From NCBI GenBank assembly GCA_965226885.1, contig CBDDEL010000014.1, positions 480,001 to 544,000 of the forward strand: 64,000 nucleotides of DNA. The letters are read 5' to 3'. Positions 1 to 10,699 of the stretch are shown here, in pieces. This DNA is from Opitutales bacterium. GTDB lineage: Bacteria > Verrucomicrobiota > Verrucomicrobiia > Opitutales > UBA2987. The stretch's first letter is position 1. Each line of letters starts with the position of its first letter. The position numbers were made by a program, and so were the translations under genes. The notes beneath the pieces are model-generated. The model searched no databases and was not told the origin of the DNA. It saw only the letters and a program-made list of their open reading frames with translations.

Positions 1-7
1 AAACTTT

Positions 8-1183
8 TTGATGGTGGGAGCAGACTTGGTGCTTCCCCATTCCCTGGTATCAGACTGTCCGCTGTTAATTAAGGGAGAGCGTATTGCGAGTATCGGCCCC
101 GGCGCCACCCGAAATCCCCAATGCACAGAGATCCGATTGCCGGGAAAAATTATCCTGCCCGGTCTCATCGATTTGCACAGCGATGCGATTGAAAAAATGG
201 TTGAGCCACGACCCAAGATATTTTTTCCCATTCCATTTGCTATCAAAGAATGTGATCAGCGGCACCTGACTTGCGGGATTACCACGGTCTTCAATGCTAT
301 TGCGTTTGCCGGAAAAGAGTTCGGCGTTCGAGATCCAAACATTGCGGATCAAATTGTCAGATCGCTTGATAGGGAACCGGCTGTCCTCCATCGTCGACTT
401 CACCTGCGCTTTGAAATCACAGACGTCGAGTCTGTTCCCCTAGTGGAAGCCCTAATTCAGGAGGGGAAAGTTGATTTGATCTCCTTTATGGATCATAGCC
501 CGGGCCAGGGTCAATACGCCCAGGACGGCAGATATGCCAGTTACCTGATGCGAACTTATGCCATGACCGAACGTGAAGCCCTCAGGCTGATTGCGTACAA
601 GAAGGAGAGTCGGCAATCTCGTTCACAAGAAGTAAATGATCGACTGCTCAGAGCCGCAAAGGCCGCCAAAATTCCTATTTCCGGTCATGATCTCGACTCA
701 CTCGAGAGTGCCAGTGAGTGGCATCAACTTGGAGCCACAATAAGCGAGTTTCCGCTCAATGAAATTTCCGCTCGTGCTTCGCGCGAATATGATATGGTGA
801 TAGTCATGGGGGCGCCCAACGTCATTCGTGGAGCCAGCTCGGGTGGCGGCCTGCGAGCGAGCGACGGGATTCGCCAGAACCTAATCGATGTTCTATGTTC
901 GGATTACAAACCAAATAGCCTATTGCCAGCCCTTTTTAAAGTGTCCTCGGACATTGATATACCTCTTCCGGATGCAGTCTCGTTGGCAACCTGGCGGGCA
1001 GCCGATGCTGTCGGCTTGACCCATGTCGGAAAACTTGCCGAAGGTTTTCAAGCGGATTTGATTATTGTGCAACCGACGCCACATGGTCCCCGTCTCGAAG
1101 CAGTAATGGTTTCCGGTCAATGGCGATATCTGTCCGGACAATTATCAGATGGGGGGGGGTATGAATCGCAACGAGTTCGATAA
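8..1183 (+). CDS. phnM: Alpha-D-ribose 1-methylphosphonate 5-triphosphate diphosphatase (C-P lyase pathway); frame is open to the window edge, so the start may lie upstream
   Basis: PGLIDLHSDAIEK..EPRP, GITTVF, HLRFEI, SFMDHSPGQGQY, SEFP, MGAPNVIRGAS and LCSDY are the PhnM signature. Confidence 0.9.
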   Translation: MMVGADLVLPHSLVSDCPLLIKGERIASIGPGATRNPQCTEIRLPGKIILPGLIDLHSDAIEKMVEPRPKIFFPIPFAIKECDQRHLTCGITTVFNAIAFAGKEFGVRDPNIADQIVRSLDREPAVLHRRLHLRFEITDVESVPLVEALIQEGKVDLISFMDHSPGQGQYAQDGRYASYLMRTYAMTEREALRLIAYKKESRQSRSQEVNDRLLRAAKAAKIPISGHDLDSLESASEWHQLGATISEFPLNEISARASREYDMVIVMGAPNVIRGASSGGGLRASDGIRQNLIDVLCSDYKPNSLLPALFKVSSDIDIPLPDAVSLATWRAADAVGLTHVGKLAEGFQADLIIVQPTPHGPRLEAVMVSGQWRYLSGQLSDGGGYESQRVR

Positions 1184-2531
1184 GATTGAAAAATCCGAGG
1201 GAGATGTTAATCTATCTCCACAGCGCCATCAATGGCAGGACCGAAATGTGAATGACCAGACTCGCAACGTGCTGGATGAAGACGCTCGATATTTTCTGCA
1301 TCAATCCTTGTCCACACCCTGTTTGAATGTCTTAACCAAATGTAAGGGATCCTATATAGAAGATTTGCAGGGACGAAAGTACCTGGATTTTCACGGCAAC
1401 AACGTGCACCAGGTGGGGTTTGGCAATCCCCATGTCATTGAGGCCATTACCCGGCAGATGGAAGAGCTTTCCTTCTGCACACGGAGATATACCAATAAAA
1501 AGGCCGTTGAACTAGCCAGGAAATTGACTGAGCTTGCGCCCGGCGATCTAAACCGGGTATTATTTGCTCCGGGCGGCGCCGAAGCCATTGGCATGGCATT
1601 AAAACTGGCGAGGTCCTATACCGGCAGATTCAAAAGCATCTCCATGTGGGATTCGTTTCACGGCGCCTCTCTGGACGCTATCTCGGTCGGCGGAGAAGCG
1701 ATTTTCCGCAAAAACATCGGCCCGTTGCTGCCGGGTGCCGAACATGCGCCACCGCCGGATCCTAAGCATTGTGTATTCGGATGTGAAGGAGAGTGCAATT
1801 TACGCTGTGCCCAATACGTAGAATACATGCTGGAAAAGGAAGGAGATGTCGCCGCGGTTATTGCCGAGACCGTCCGCAGCACGCCATATATACCGGATAA
1901 AAAATATTGGCAAATTATCCGCAAAGCTTGTCACAAACACGGTGCATTATTAATTTTGGATGAGATTCCCCATTGTCTGGGCCGAACCGGTACCTTTTTC
2001 ACATTCGAGCATTTTGGGATTGTCCCGGATATGGTTGTCATCGGGAAAGGACTCGGTGGGGGTATTTTTCCGCTGGCGGCGTTAATCGCCAGAGAAGAAC
2101 TCAACATTGCCGGTAAAAATGCCTTGGGTCATTATACTCATGAAAAAAATCCGGTCGCCAGCGCCGCCTCCCTGGCTGCCATCCAATATATCGAGGAGAA
2201 CCGGTTGCTGGACCATGCCAAACAGATGGGCAACTATGCTCTTGAGCGCTTAAAGGCGCTCAAACTGAGGCATCGCATCATTGGCGATGTCCGTGGAATC
2301 GGATTATTGATGGGGATAGAAATTGTTAGAGATACCGGCCAACGGGGTGTGGAAGAGGCTGAGAAAATCATGTACCATGCCCTCGAAATGGGTCTAAGTT
2401 TCAAAGTAACCATGGGCAATATCCTCACTTTGACTCCGGCATTGACAATTACCCGAGGTGAGATCGATCAAGCGATCGATATTCTGGATGACTGTTTTGA
2501 ACGAGTGGGGCATGGGCATGACATGAGCTAA
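1161..2531 (+). CDS. pbfA: (R)-1-hydroxy-2-aminoethylphosphonate ammonia-lyase, PLP class III aminotransferase fold
   Basis: SEGDVNLS, FLHQSLSTPCL, DFHGNNVHQVG, SMWDSFHGASLD, GKGLGGG, GHYTHEKNP; overlaps the phnM 3' end. Confidence 0.85.
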   Translation: MNRNEFDKIEKSEGDVNLSPQRHQWQDRNVNDQTRNVLDEDARYFLHQSLSTPCLNVLTKCKGSYIEDLQGRKYLDFHGNNVHQVGFGNPHVIEAITRQMEELSFCTRRYTNKKAVELARKLTELAPGDLNRVLFAPGGAEAIGMALKLARSYTGRFKSISMWDSFHGASLDAISVGGEAIFRKNIGPLLPGAEHAPPPDPKHCVFGCEGECNLRCAQYVEYMLEKEGDVAAVIAETVRSTPYIPDKKYWQIIRKACHKHGALLILDEIPHCLGRTGTFFTFEHFGIVPDMVVIGKGLGGGIFPLAALIAREELNIAGKNALGHYTHEKNPVASAASLAAIQYIEENRLLDHAKQMGNYALERLKALKLRHRIIGDVRGIGLLMGIEIVRDTGQRGVEEAEKIMYHALEMGLSFKVTMGNILTLTPALTITRGEIDQAIDILDDCFERVGHGHDMS

Positions 2532-2747
2532 AATTCGTCACCTAAATAGAGGCTGTCCCAAAAGGGTGATTTTTGCGAGGGCTTTTGATAGGCGCTCATT
2601 TTAGAGGTATTTGCATTTGGGAGAGTATCAACTTTGCTCTCCTATGACGTTAGGATACTGGTTTTGGGGTCCGGTTGCCTGGTATTCTTTGTATGAGCCG
2701 ACAGTAAGGCTGTGAAAAAGTATTGTCCTTGCTTTTCCGCTCTCTAG

Positions 2748-4325
2748 CCCGGATATTTCATGAAGGGTAAAGTTTGGCTCGTGTTTGGCTCGTTATTGCT
2801 ATTGGAGATGGATTTCTTTGTATTTTGAGCAGATCGTCTTGATTTTTAGGTGTTTTTCAGGGTGTAGAGACACTGCCCCCTTTCCCCCATTGGTTCGGTA
2901 GTGCCGGGGGCAGCACCAATGCACCCTTTAGGTTGGCACCAATCGGCGGGCCGCATGGTTGAAAAGACTGGCCCAAGGATAACTCTCACTTAGGTGAAAG
3001 TGAATCGTTCGGGTGTTGCGCACGATGACCGCTCCGATCTTGATTAATTTGAGCCGCAGGGTGTGCCATTGGGCCCGCGCCCACTTCGTCCCTTTTAAGG
3101 CTAACCGGCGCATGGCTTCCATCAAGGTGTAGGCCAGCGCCGACAAGAGCAATCGCCACTGATTGGCCCACCATTGATGGGCGCTGGTGCGCTCGCTGAA
3201 CAATTGCATCTGTTCCTTGATTCGGTTCTCCATTTCACCGCGGCCACAGTATACCTTGTCGTAAAGCTCCTGGGGATCGCCCGGCAGGTTCGTCACCACG
3301 AAGCGCGGGTTGGACCCCTGTGCGGTGTGTTCGGCTTTATGGATGACCAACCGCAGCCATCGCCACGAATCGGCAGCATAGACGAAGTCCTGGAATAACC
3401 GTTGTTTTTTACCCCTTAGTTCGAACCATTCTTTGGCCTGCTTTTGCAACTGCTGGGCGTCTTGCTGCAAGCGTGCATTGCGAGCCATCCCCACGATGTA
3501 ACTAACTTCGTTGCGGTCGCACCAAGAGAGTATCCGGTCTCGACAAAATCCACTGTCGGCGCGCCAAATAATCCGCGTACGGGGCCAGCTTTGGCGAATC
3601 CGTTTAACCAGCAATTTGAGGATGGCCCCGGCATGCTTGCTGGCATCGATCTTGCTCGGCCGCAGGTAGGCCACCAGCAGCTGATCACCGCAAAAAACAT
3701 ATAGCGGCAGAAAACAGTAATGATCATAATAACCGTGGAAAAAACGTCCCTCCTGGAGCCCGTGCACCGGATTGTCGGTGGCGTCAAAGTCCAGGATGAT
3801 CTCTTCGGGTTCCTCGGCAAAGGAGCCCATGAACTGTTCGACCAACAGCTCGTTTACCGCAAAGGCCGCCCGCCAATCCTGCCCGTTTTCAAAACGACAC
3901 AAAGTCGGCGCGCTGGCCAACGTTTCAATGCGCCCCGTTACCGTTTGCAACAATGGATCGTGGCGCAGGGTATCAAAGTCGTTCAAATCCTCATAGCCCG
4001 CCACCAGCCCGTAAACGCGCTGCCGCAGCATCCCCAATACCTCATGGCGTACTTTGCCCTTCTGCCGTTTGTCCACTAACTGTCGGGCCGCTCGTTCGGT
4101 CAAGCCCAACTGCCGATCCACTTCCCGGATCAAAAGCAGTCCGGCATCCGAAGTAACCTCTCCGCCCTTGAAATCAACCCGCACACGGCGGCCTTTTACC
4201 CTTGTCAACTGTAGCTTTAATTGTTTACCTTTTGTCATCGCTGATATTGCTTTAATTATTGATCTATCCTGCTGTATATCAGCAGTTAAGCATATCAACG
4301 ATACTTTTTTTACGAAATATCCGGG
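2748..4325 (-). mobile_element. IS1380-family element copy 1
   Basis: TIR CCCGGATATTTC / GAAATATCCGGG; 4-bp TSD CTAG (single CTAG in the uninterrupted host copy 2). Confidence 0.9.
2928..4238 (-). CDS. IS1380-family transposase
   Basis: FKGGEVTSDAGLLL, GYEDLND, LDFDATD..HG.QEG, RADSGF, RGEMENRIKE. Confidence 0.92.
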   Translation of the reverse strand: MTKGKQLKLQLTRVKGRRVRVDFKGGEVTSDAGLLLIREVDRQLGLTERAARQLVDKRQKGKVRHEVLGMLRQRVYGLVAGYEDLNDFDTLRHDPLLQTVTGRIETLASAPTLCRFENGQDWRAAFAVNELLVEQFMGSFAEEPEEIILDFDATDNPVHGLQEGRFFHGYYDHYCFLPLYVFCGDQLLVAYLRPSKIDASKHAGAILKLLVKRIRQSWPRTRIIWRADSGFCRDRILSWCDRNEVSYIVGMARNARLQQDAQQLQKQAKEWFELRGKKQRLFQDFVYAADSWRWLRLVIHKAEHTAQGSNPRFVVTNLPGDPQELYDKVYCGRGEMENRIKEQMQLFSERTSAHQWWANQWRLLLSALAYTLMEAMRRLALKGTKWARAQWHTLRLKLIKIGAVIVRNTRTIHFHLSESYPWASLFNHAARRLVPT

Positions 4326-5809
4326 CTAGGCCGCCGCTTTGGTTTTTAGTTCGTCTTGCTGGGCCAGCATCTTGGCTACTTTCCATAGGTTGTGCGAGAG
4401 TACCGACCAGGCTACGCTGATCGAGCGGTTGGCAAAGCCTTTGCTGCGCAACCGCCCGGCCTGCCAGCGATTCTTCAATACCCCGATCCGCCCTTCGGTG
4501 CTGGCCCGGCGCTTTTGCAATTGTCTGAACAGTGGTTCCTCCATCCGTTTTTTCAACTGCTTCGGATCGCGTGGACAGAGCGCGTCGTAGATTCCCTCCT
4601 GGGCTAACTGCCGGCGGGCCCGCTGGGAGGCAAATCCCCGGTCCGCGCACATGGCCGCTATGGGTTCTTCCAGGTTGAAGCGGTTCTGTCTTTGCAAACT
4701 CTCTTGCATTTGTTCATTTTCGCTTGGAGTTCGGCTGCCGTAGAGTTTCCAGTCCAGCAGGTACCCTTCAACGCTTTCTCCCAAAAACAGGGTGTTGCCG
4801 AACTCGACCTCTTGGCCCGCTTTACCTCGCACAATCACCTGCCCATCGAGTTCGTAAACACTCAAGACTTTCTCTGCGTTTTTCACCTGGCGGCCGCCAA
4901 TGATCCGCTCGTGCGCCTGTTTGATGACCACCGGGATTTGCTCGCTCATGCGCTCCATCCGGGCGAGGATCTGTTGGACCTGTTTTTCGCTGTAATCGCT
5001 TTGCTCCCAGCAGGCTTGCAATAATTCCCGGTGACTGCGGGCATGCTCCCCGATCCGTTTGAGCAGCTTTTTCATCTGCCTCAAGATACCCTTGCGCTGC
5101 CGCGCGCTGTCCTTTCGCCGCCGGCTGTGGGTCATCTGTATGCACAGCCGATTCATCTGCCGAGCCAAGGGCTCCGGTTCGATCGGCATGCGATGGCGCA
5201 AACCGGCCTTCTCGCGGATCAGCCGGATCGCTTTGAGCAACGTGCCGGCTACATCCTTGAGTAATACCCAGTCCGTCGGCCAATGAATGTTAGCCTCCAA
5301 ACAGGTGCCGTCGATCAGGCAAATGGTGGTGTCAATCGGCTTGTCCAATCCCACCTGCCGGGCCAGAAGGGCATCGCCCACCACCTCAGTCAAGGTCCGG
5401 TGCAAGGCCCTCAACTGCTCTTCGCTGAAAAACTTCGAGGCCCGCTCCAGGGTGCTTTTGGAGATGCCCCTGATGCCATCGATCTGCCGGACACGGCAAA
5501 AGTCGGCCAACAGATCGCTGCTGCCCAGAGCCCGCGACAAATGCCGAAACGAGATCCCTCCGAGCAGACGGCCCAGCGTATCCATGCGCAGTGTGCCTTG
5601 ATGGCAAAACTGGCCCGCTGCCGCCGGGCCTTTAGACCCATTGGCTGCCACCCCTCCAAGGCCAGCTCAATGGCCTGCGATTCCACCTCCGAGTCGATCA
5701 GCAGCCGATCGATTCGATCAATGGTGGCGCGGAAGTTATCGTAATCGAGGCACCGGTCAACCACAGTTAAAGCTGGACGCAGGAGGCATTGGATGGCTAT
5801 ATTTTTCAT
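4326..5809 (-). pseudogene. IS5/ISNCY-like transposase, frameshifted
   Basis: 2-bp insertion near 5592 (GCAGTGTGCC versus GCAGTGCC in copies 2 and 3) splits the ORF. Confidence 0.85.
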
Positions 5810-6025
5810 AGAAAGGGCTATATTGATTTTCGCTAACTCAATTATAGAACCCTTTTTTGGCCGGATCGAGCAAAAACTTGCTCTTTCCGGCTCTTTTTAT
5901 CAACGTCATCCAGTTGACTATAAAATCTTTATATTTTTGGGACAGCCTCTAAATAGGTGGCCCACGGCCCCATTGATCTCGCTACGGCGAAAAAGCGAAT
6001 ATTTAAAAAATTAACAAAACAAACT

Positions 6026-7723
6026 ATGAATTCTAGTTTAAGTATCCTGATCCACGTTTTAACCATAATTATGCTGGGAATATATTCTATGCCCATTTAT
6101 GGCGATCCGCTATTCGCTGATCTTGTAGTAACCAATGCGAATGTAATCACGGTTGATAAAGACCAATCGCAAGCGGAAGCATTTGCGATTCGAGATGGAA
6201 TATTTGTCGCTGTGGGTACGAATGGCGACGTTAGATCGCTGATTGGCAAGAATACTACGGTCATCGAGGCAGAAGGCAAAACGATTACACCTGGTTTCAT
6301 CGATGTCCACCTTCATCCCAGGTCGATATACTTATGGACGCACAGGTTAGGCAGTGTCGATTTGTCACCCGCCGCCGTCAAAACAATGGAGGGACTTGTT
6401 GCTGCCTTAAAAGCCAAAGCGGAAATAACGCCGAAGGGACAATGGATTCGGGGAAGTCGTTACCAGGGCACTAAATTGGGTCGAAGTCCCAACCGCTGGG
6501 ATTTAGATCGGGCATCTACCGATCATCCCATCTGGATTGGCCATTCGAGCGGTCATTTAAGCGTCGTAAACTCGTACGCTTTGCGGGCGGCAAACATCAC
6601 TCAGGATACACCGGATCCGCCTGGTGGAGCATTCGATCGCGATGATAGCGGGGAACCGAATGGAATCTGCCGCGAAGGCGCCGGAGGGCTTGTTCGAGAT
6701 GGCGGCCCCCCCATGCCGGAAGCTTCCCGCAAAGAAGAACTGGAGGGTTATCAACGTTGTTTCCACGAGTTCATGCGAAAAGGAATTACCAGCATTGGCG
6801 ATGCCGGCGTTAATCCAGGTAAAATCCGTGTATATCAGGAATTGGTCGAAGCAGGAATGCCGCTTCGCATCAACATGATGATTCGTGAAAAATATTTTCC
6901 CGATTTGAAAAAGTTGAACATTCACACGAAGTTTGGAAACAGCCGGCTAAAAATCGGTCCGATTAAAGTGCGCCATGGAAATTCATTATCCGGCCGCACA
7001 TGTTGGTTGTACGAACCCTACGAGAGGATAAATCCGAGAACTGGCAAAAAGGATTACTATGGAATACCGCCTGCACGGTCGCAGGAAAAACTAACTGAAT
7101 TGTTCAGCGATATTCATGCAGCGGGTTTTCAAATCGCCGTTCATTCCAATGGCGACCGGGAAATCGATATGGTGCTTAATGCCATCGAAAAAGCCTTGCA
7201 GAAAACGCCGCGAGAAGATCATCGGCACAGGATCGAACACTGCAGCATAGTAAGCGACCGTATTCTCCAACGGATCAAGGATCTGGGGGTTGTATTAGCT
7301 CTTCATTCTTATATCTACGAACACGGGGACAAAATGGAAGAATACGGTGAAAGGCGTTGGAACATGATGCACGCCAACCGGTCGGCCCTGGATTTGGGCA
7401 TCGTTGTGGCTGGCAACTCCGATTACGGCGTCAGCGCGGCCGATCCGATGCTGCGGATTCAGAGTTTAGTAACACGCAAATCAGCGGAAGGCAAAGTCTA
7501 TGGAGCCAAACAAAAAATCTCTGTCCAGGAAGCGCTCTGGATTTGGACTATGGGAAGCGCGTTGGCCTCGTTTGACGAAAAGATCAAAGGCTCGATTACC
7601 AACGGAAAACTGGCCGATTTCGTGATGCTCACGGATGATCCAACTCATACCCCACTTGACTTTATAAAGGATATCAAGGTCGAAAAAACTTTTATCGGAG
7701 GGAAGCTGGTTTTTGAACGTTAA
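6026..7723 (+). CDS. Amidohydrolase 3 (YtcJ-like) metallohydrolase with probable signal peptide
   Basis: PGFIDVHLH, HSSGH..VNS, AVHSNGDR, HRIEHCS, GNSDY, GSITNGKLADFV; hydrophobic N-terminus. Confidence 0.85.
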   Translation: MNSSLSILIHVLTIIMLGIYSMPIYGDPLFADLVVTNANVITVDKDQSQAEAFAIRDGIFVAVGTNGDVRSLIGKNTTVIEAEGKTITPGFIDVHLHPRSIYLWTHRLGSVDLSPAAVKTMEGLVAALKAKAEITPKGQWIRGSRYQGTKLGRSPNRWDLDRASTDHPIWIGHSSGHLSVVNSYALRAANITQDTPDPPGGAFDRDDSGEPNGICREGAGGLVRDGGPPMPEASRKEELEGYQRCFHEFMRKGITSIGDAGVNPGKIRVYQELVEAGMPLRINMMIREKYFPDLKKLNIHTKFGNSRLKIGPIKVRHGNSLSGRTCWLYEPYERINPRTGKKDYYGIPPARSQEKLTELFSDIHAAGFQIAVHSNGDREIDMVLNAIEKALQKTPREDHRHRIEHCSIVSDRILQRIKDLGVVLALHSYIYEHGDKMEEYGERRWNMMHANRSALDLGIVVAGNSDYGVSAADPMLRIQSLVTRKSAEGKVYGAKQKISVQEALWIWTMGSALASFDEKIKGSITNGKLADFVMLTDDPTHTPLDFIKDIKVEKTFIGGKLVFER

Positions 7724-7871
7724 TCCGGAATTCGCAGTTATGGATGGTGGCGATGTGAGGTTTGAGAGGCGGGATGAGGGCAAAGACTTCTTACCCGGCA
7801 ATAACTTGTAGTTGCCGCTACTTGACCTATCGGACAGCGTCAGATAACCTGAAACCACTATTGTTATGTTA

Positions 7872-9705
7872 GAGGCTGTCAGGCTGTCCCAAAAGGGTGA
7901 TTTTTGCGAGGGCTTTTGATAGGCGCTCATTTTAGAGGTATTTGCATTTGGGAGAGTATCAACTTTGCTCTCCTATGACGTTAGGATACTGGTTTTGGGG
8001 TCCGGTTGCCTGGTTTTCTTTGTATGAGCCGACAGTACGGCTGTGAAAAAGTATTGTCCTTGCTTTTCCGCTCTCTAGGCCGCCGCTTTGGTTTTTAGTT
8101 CGTCTTGCTGGGCCAGCATCTTGGCTACTTTCCATAGGTTGTGCGAGAGTACCGACCAGGCTACGCTGATCGAGCGGTTGGCAAAGCCTTTGCTGCGCAA
8201 CCGCCCGGCCTGCCAGCGATTCTTCAATACCCCGATCCGCCCTTCGGTGCTGGCCCGGCGCTTTTGCAATTGTCTGAACAGTGGTTCCTCCATCCGTTTT
8301 TTCAACTGCTTCGGATCGCGTGGACAGAGCGCGTCGTAGATTCCCTCCTGGGCTAACTGCCGGCGGGCCCGCTGGGAGGCAAATCCCCGGTCCGCGCACA
8401 TGGCCGCTATGGGTTCTTCCAGGTTGAAGCGGTTCTGTCTTTGCAAACTCTCTTGCATTTGTTCATTTTCGCTTGGAGTTCGGCTGCCGTAGAGTTTCCA
8501 GTCCAGCAGGTACCCTTCAACGCTTTCTCCCAAAAACAGGGTGTTGCCGAACTCGACCTCTTGGCCCGCTTTACCTCGCACAATCACCTGCCCATCGAGT
8601 TCGTAAACACTCAAGACTTTCTCTGCGTTTTTCACCTGGCGGCCGCCAATGATCCGCTCGTGCGCCTGTTTGATGACCACCGGGATTTGCTCGCTCATGC
8701 GCTCCATCCGGGCGAGGATCTGTTGGACCTGTTTTTCGCTGTAATCGCTTTGCTCCCAGCAGGCTTGCAATAATTCCCGGTGACTGCGGGCATGCTCCCC
8801 GATCCGTTTGAGCAGCTTTTTCATCTGCCTCAAGATACCCTTGCGCTGCCGCGCGCTGTCCTTTCGCCGCCGGCTGTGGGTCATCTGTATGCACAGCCGA
8901 TTCATCTGCCGAGCCAAGGGCTCCGGTTCGATCGGCATGCGATGGCGCAAACCGGCCTTCTCGCGGATCAGCCGGATCGCTTTGAGCAACGTGCCGGCTA
9001 CATCCTTGAGTAATACCCAGTCCGTCGGCCAATGAATGTTAGCCTCCAAACAGGTGCCGTCGATCAGGCAAATGGTGGTGTCAATCGGCTTGTCCAATCC
9101 CACCTGCCGGGCCAGAAGGGCATCGCCCACCACCTCAGTCAAGGTCCGGTGCAAGGCCCTCAACTGCTCTTCGCTGAAAAACTTCGAGGCCCGCTCCAGG
9201 GTGCTTTTGGAGATGCCCCTGATGCCATCGATCTGCCGGACACGGCAAAAGTCGGCCAACAGATCGCTGCTGCCCAGAGCCCGCGACAAATGCCGAAACG
9301 AAATCCCTCCGAGCAGACGGCCCAGCGTATCCATGCGCAGTGCCTTGATGGCAAAACTGGCCCGCTGCCGCCGGGCCTTTAGACCCATTGGCGGCCACCC
9401 CTCCAAGGCCAGCTCAATGGCCTGCGATTCCACCTCCGAGTCGATCAGCAGCCGATCGATTCGATCAATGGTGGCGCGGAAGTTATCGTAATCGAGGCAC
9501 CGGTCGACCACAGTTAAAGCTGGACGCAGGAGGCATTGGATGGCTATATTTTTCATAGAAAGCATAGAAAGGGCTATATTGATTTTCGCTAACTCAATTA
9601 TAGAACCCTTTTTTGGCCGGATCGAGCAAAAACTTGCTCTTTCCGGCTCTTTTTATCAACGTCATCCAGTTGACTATAAAATCTTTATATTTTTGGGACA
9701 GCCTC
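7872..9705 (-). mobile_element. IS5/ISNCY-like IS copy 2, uninterrupted
   Basis: Same TIRs; 7-bp TSD TATGTTA at 7865-7871 and 9706-9712; 8-bp duplication AGGCTGTC inside the left TIR. Confidence 0.9.
8075..9556 (-). CDS. DDE transposase (IS5/ISNCY-like), intact ORF
   Basis: IDGTCLEANIHWPTD, RGKAGQEVEFG, ADRGF, RASTEGRIGVLK. Confidence 0.88.
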   Translation of the reverse strand: MKNIAIQCLLRPALTVVDRCLDYDNFRATIDRIDRLLIDSEVESQAIELALEGWPPMGLKARRQRASFAIKALRMDTLGRLLGGISFRHLSRALGSSDLLADFCRVRQIDGIRGISKSTLERASKFFSEEQLRALHRTLTEVVGDALLARQVGLDKPIDTTICLIDGTCLEANIHWPTDWVLLKDVAGTLLKAIRLIREKAGLRHRMPIEPEPLARQMNRLCIQMTHSRRRKDSARQRKGILRQMKKLLKRIGEHARSHRELLQACWEQSDYSEKQVQQILARMERMSEQIPVVIKQAHERIIGGRQVKNAEKVLSVYELDGQVIVRGKAGQEVEFGNTLFLGESVEGYLLDWKLYGSRTPSENEQMQESLQRQNRFNLEEPIAAMCADRGFASQRARRQLAQEGIYDALCPRDPKQLKKRMEEPLFRQLQKRRASTEGRIGVLKNRWQAGRLRSKGFANRSISVAWSVLSHNLWKVAKMLAQQDELKTKAAA

Positions 9706-9773
9706 TATGTTAACGACCACTCCAACAAAGACAGACATTGGCTGTTGGGTCAGATCCTGACTTTTACAGGTTA

Positions 9774-10535
9774 ATGGCGATGGACTACGATCAAACAACA
9801 ATTCCTGAATCCTACAAGAAGGGACGCGAAATAGGGGACGCGGGACTAGCTCTGTGGATGGATGCGATTGAACGGCACATCGATCCTTCTGAGATTGAGT
9901 CGATTCTTGATTTGGGATGTGGAACAGGAAGGTTTTCTGAAGCTTTGTCAGAGCGGTTTGATGCACGACTGATCGGGATTGATCCGTCTACCAGAATGCT
10001 GACGCAGGCAATCGAGTCTTTGGTGGGGGAAAGGTTCGTATTCAAAAAGGGATCGGCAGAAGATATTCCGATTGGTGACGGAACGGTGGATTTGGTTTTC
10101 CTTTCAATGGTATGGCACCACATTGTGGATGTTGACCGCGCATTGCAGGAATTCCAAAGAGTGTTGAGAAATGGTGGTTACGCGTGTGTGCGCAACCCAA
10201 CAGTGGAATTATTGAATCGGGCTGCATTTTTGGATTATTTCCCGGGAGCAGGGGTTGTCGATTTGGAAATGCTACCATCTGCATATAATCTGAAGAGCGT
10301 CTTTTCAGACCAAGGATTTGATTTGATCGCCCACGATGTGATCGAAAGTGAATTTGCCGAGAATTTCCAAGCGATGTATGAGAAGGTTAAGCATCGAGCA
10401 TTATCTGAGCTTGCGGCGATTTCGGATGATGAATTTTCGACTGGGTTGAAAAGCATGGCTGCGGATTTGAAAAAGGAATCGAATCTGGAGCCGATTATTG
10501 AGCCGATTGACCTGTTCGTCTATCGCATGGGGTGA
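9774..10535 (+). CDS. Class I SAM-dependent methyltransferase
   Basis: ILDLGCGTGRF, IGIDPS, GSAEDIP, VDLVF..MVWHH, RVLRNGG. Confidence 0.85.
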   Translation: MAMDYDQTTIPESYKKGREIGDAGLALWMDAIERHIDPSEIESILDLGCGTGRFSEALSERFDARLIGIDPSTRMLTQAIESLVGERFVFKKGSAEDIPIGDGTVDLVFLSMVWHHIVDVDRALQEFQRVLRNGGYACVRNPTVELLNRAAFLDYFPGAGVVDLEMLPSAYNLKSVFSDQGFDLIAHDVIESEFAENFQAMYEKVKHRALSELAAISDDEFSTGLKSMAADLKKESNLEPIIEPIDLFVYRMG

Positions 10536-10609
10536 TGGTCGGGCGTTTCAGTAGGGATTTTTCGATTTAAATCCCAACCAGAGAATATTCCATTATCTCT
10601 TCGGGTAGT

Positions 10610-10699
10610 GGCCGGATCGAGCAAAAACTTGCTCTTCAAGTCTATTCTTATAAACGTCATATAATTGAGTACAAAATCTTTATATTTTTTGACAGCCTC
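10610..10699 (-). mobile_element. Diverged solo left-end remnant of a related IS5/ISNCY-like element
   Basis: GGCCGGATCGAGCAAAAACTTGCTCTT...ATCTTTATATTTTTTGACAGCCTC aligns with the IS end but carries many substitutions. Confidence 0.75.

Larger units (their letters stand above)
2549..5949 (-). mobile_element. IS5/ISNCY-like IS copy 1, carrying a nested IS1380
   Basis: TIR GAGGCTGTCCCAAAA / TTTTGGGACAGCCTC; 6-bp TSD TAAATA at 2543-2548 and 5950-5955. Confidence 0.9.

Noticed and set aside
2549..2743. Guide or bridge RNA in the IS non-coding end
   Set aside because: The element has a DDE transposase, TIRs and TSDs, with no TnpB/IscB or IS110 features; no structure I can support
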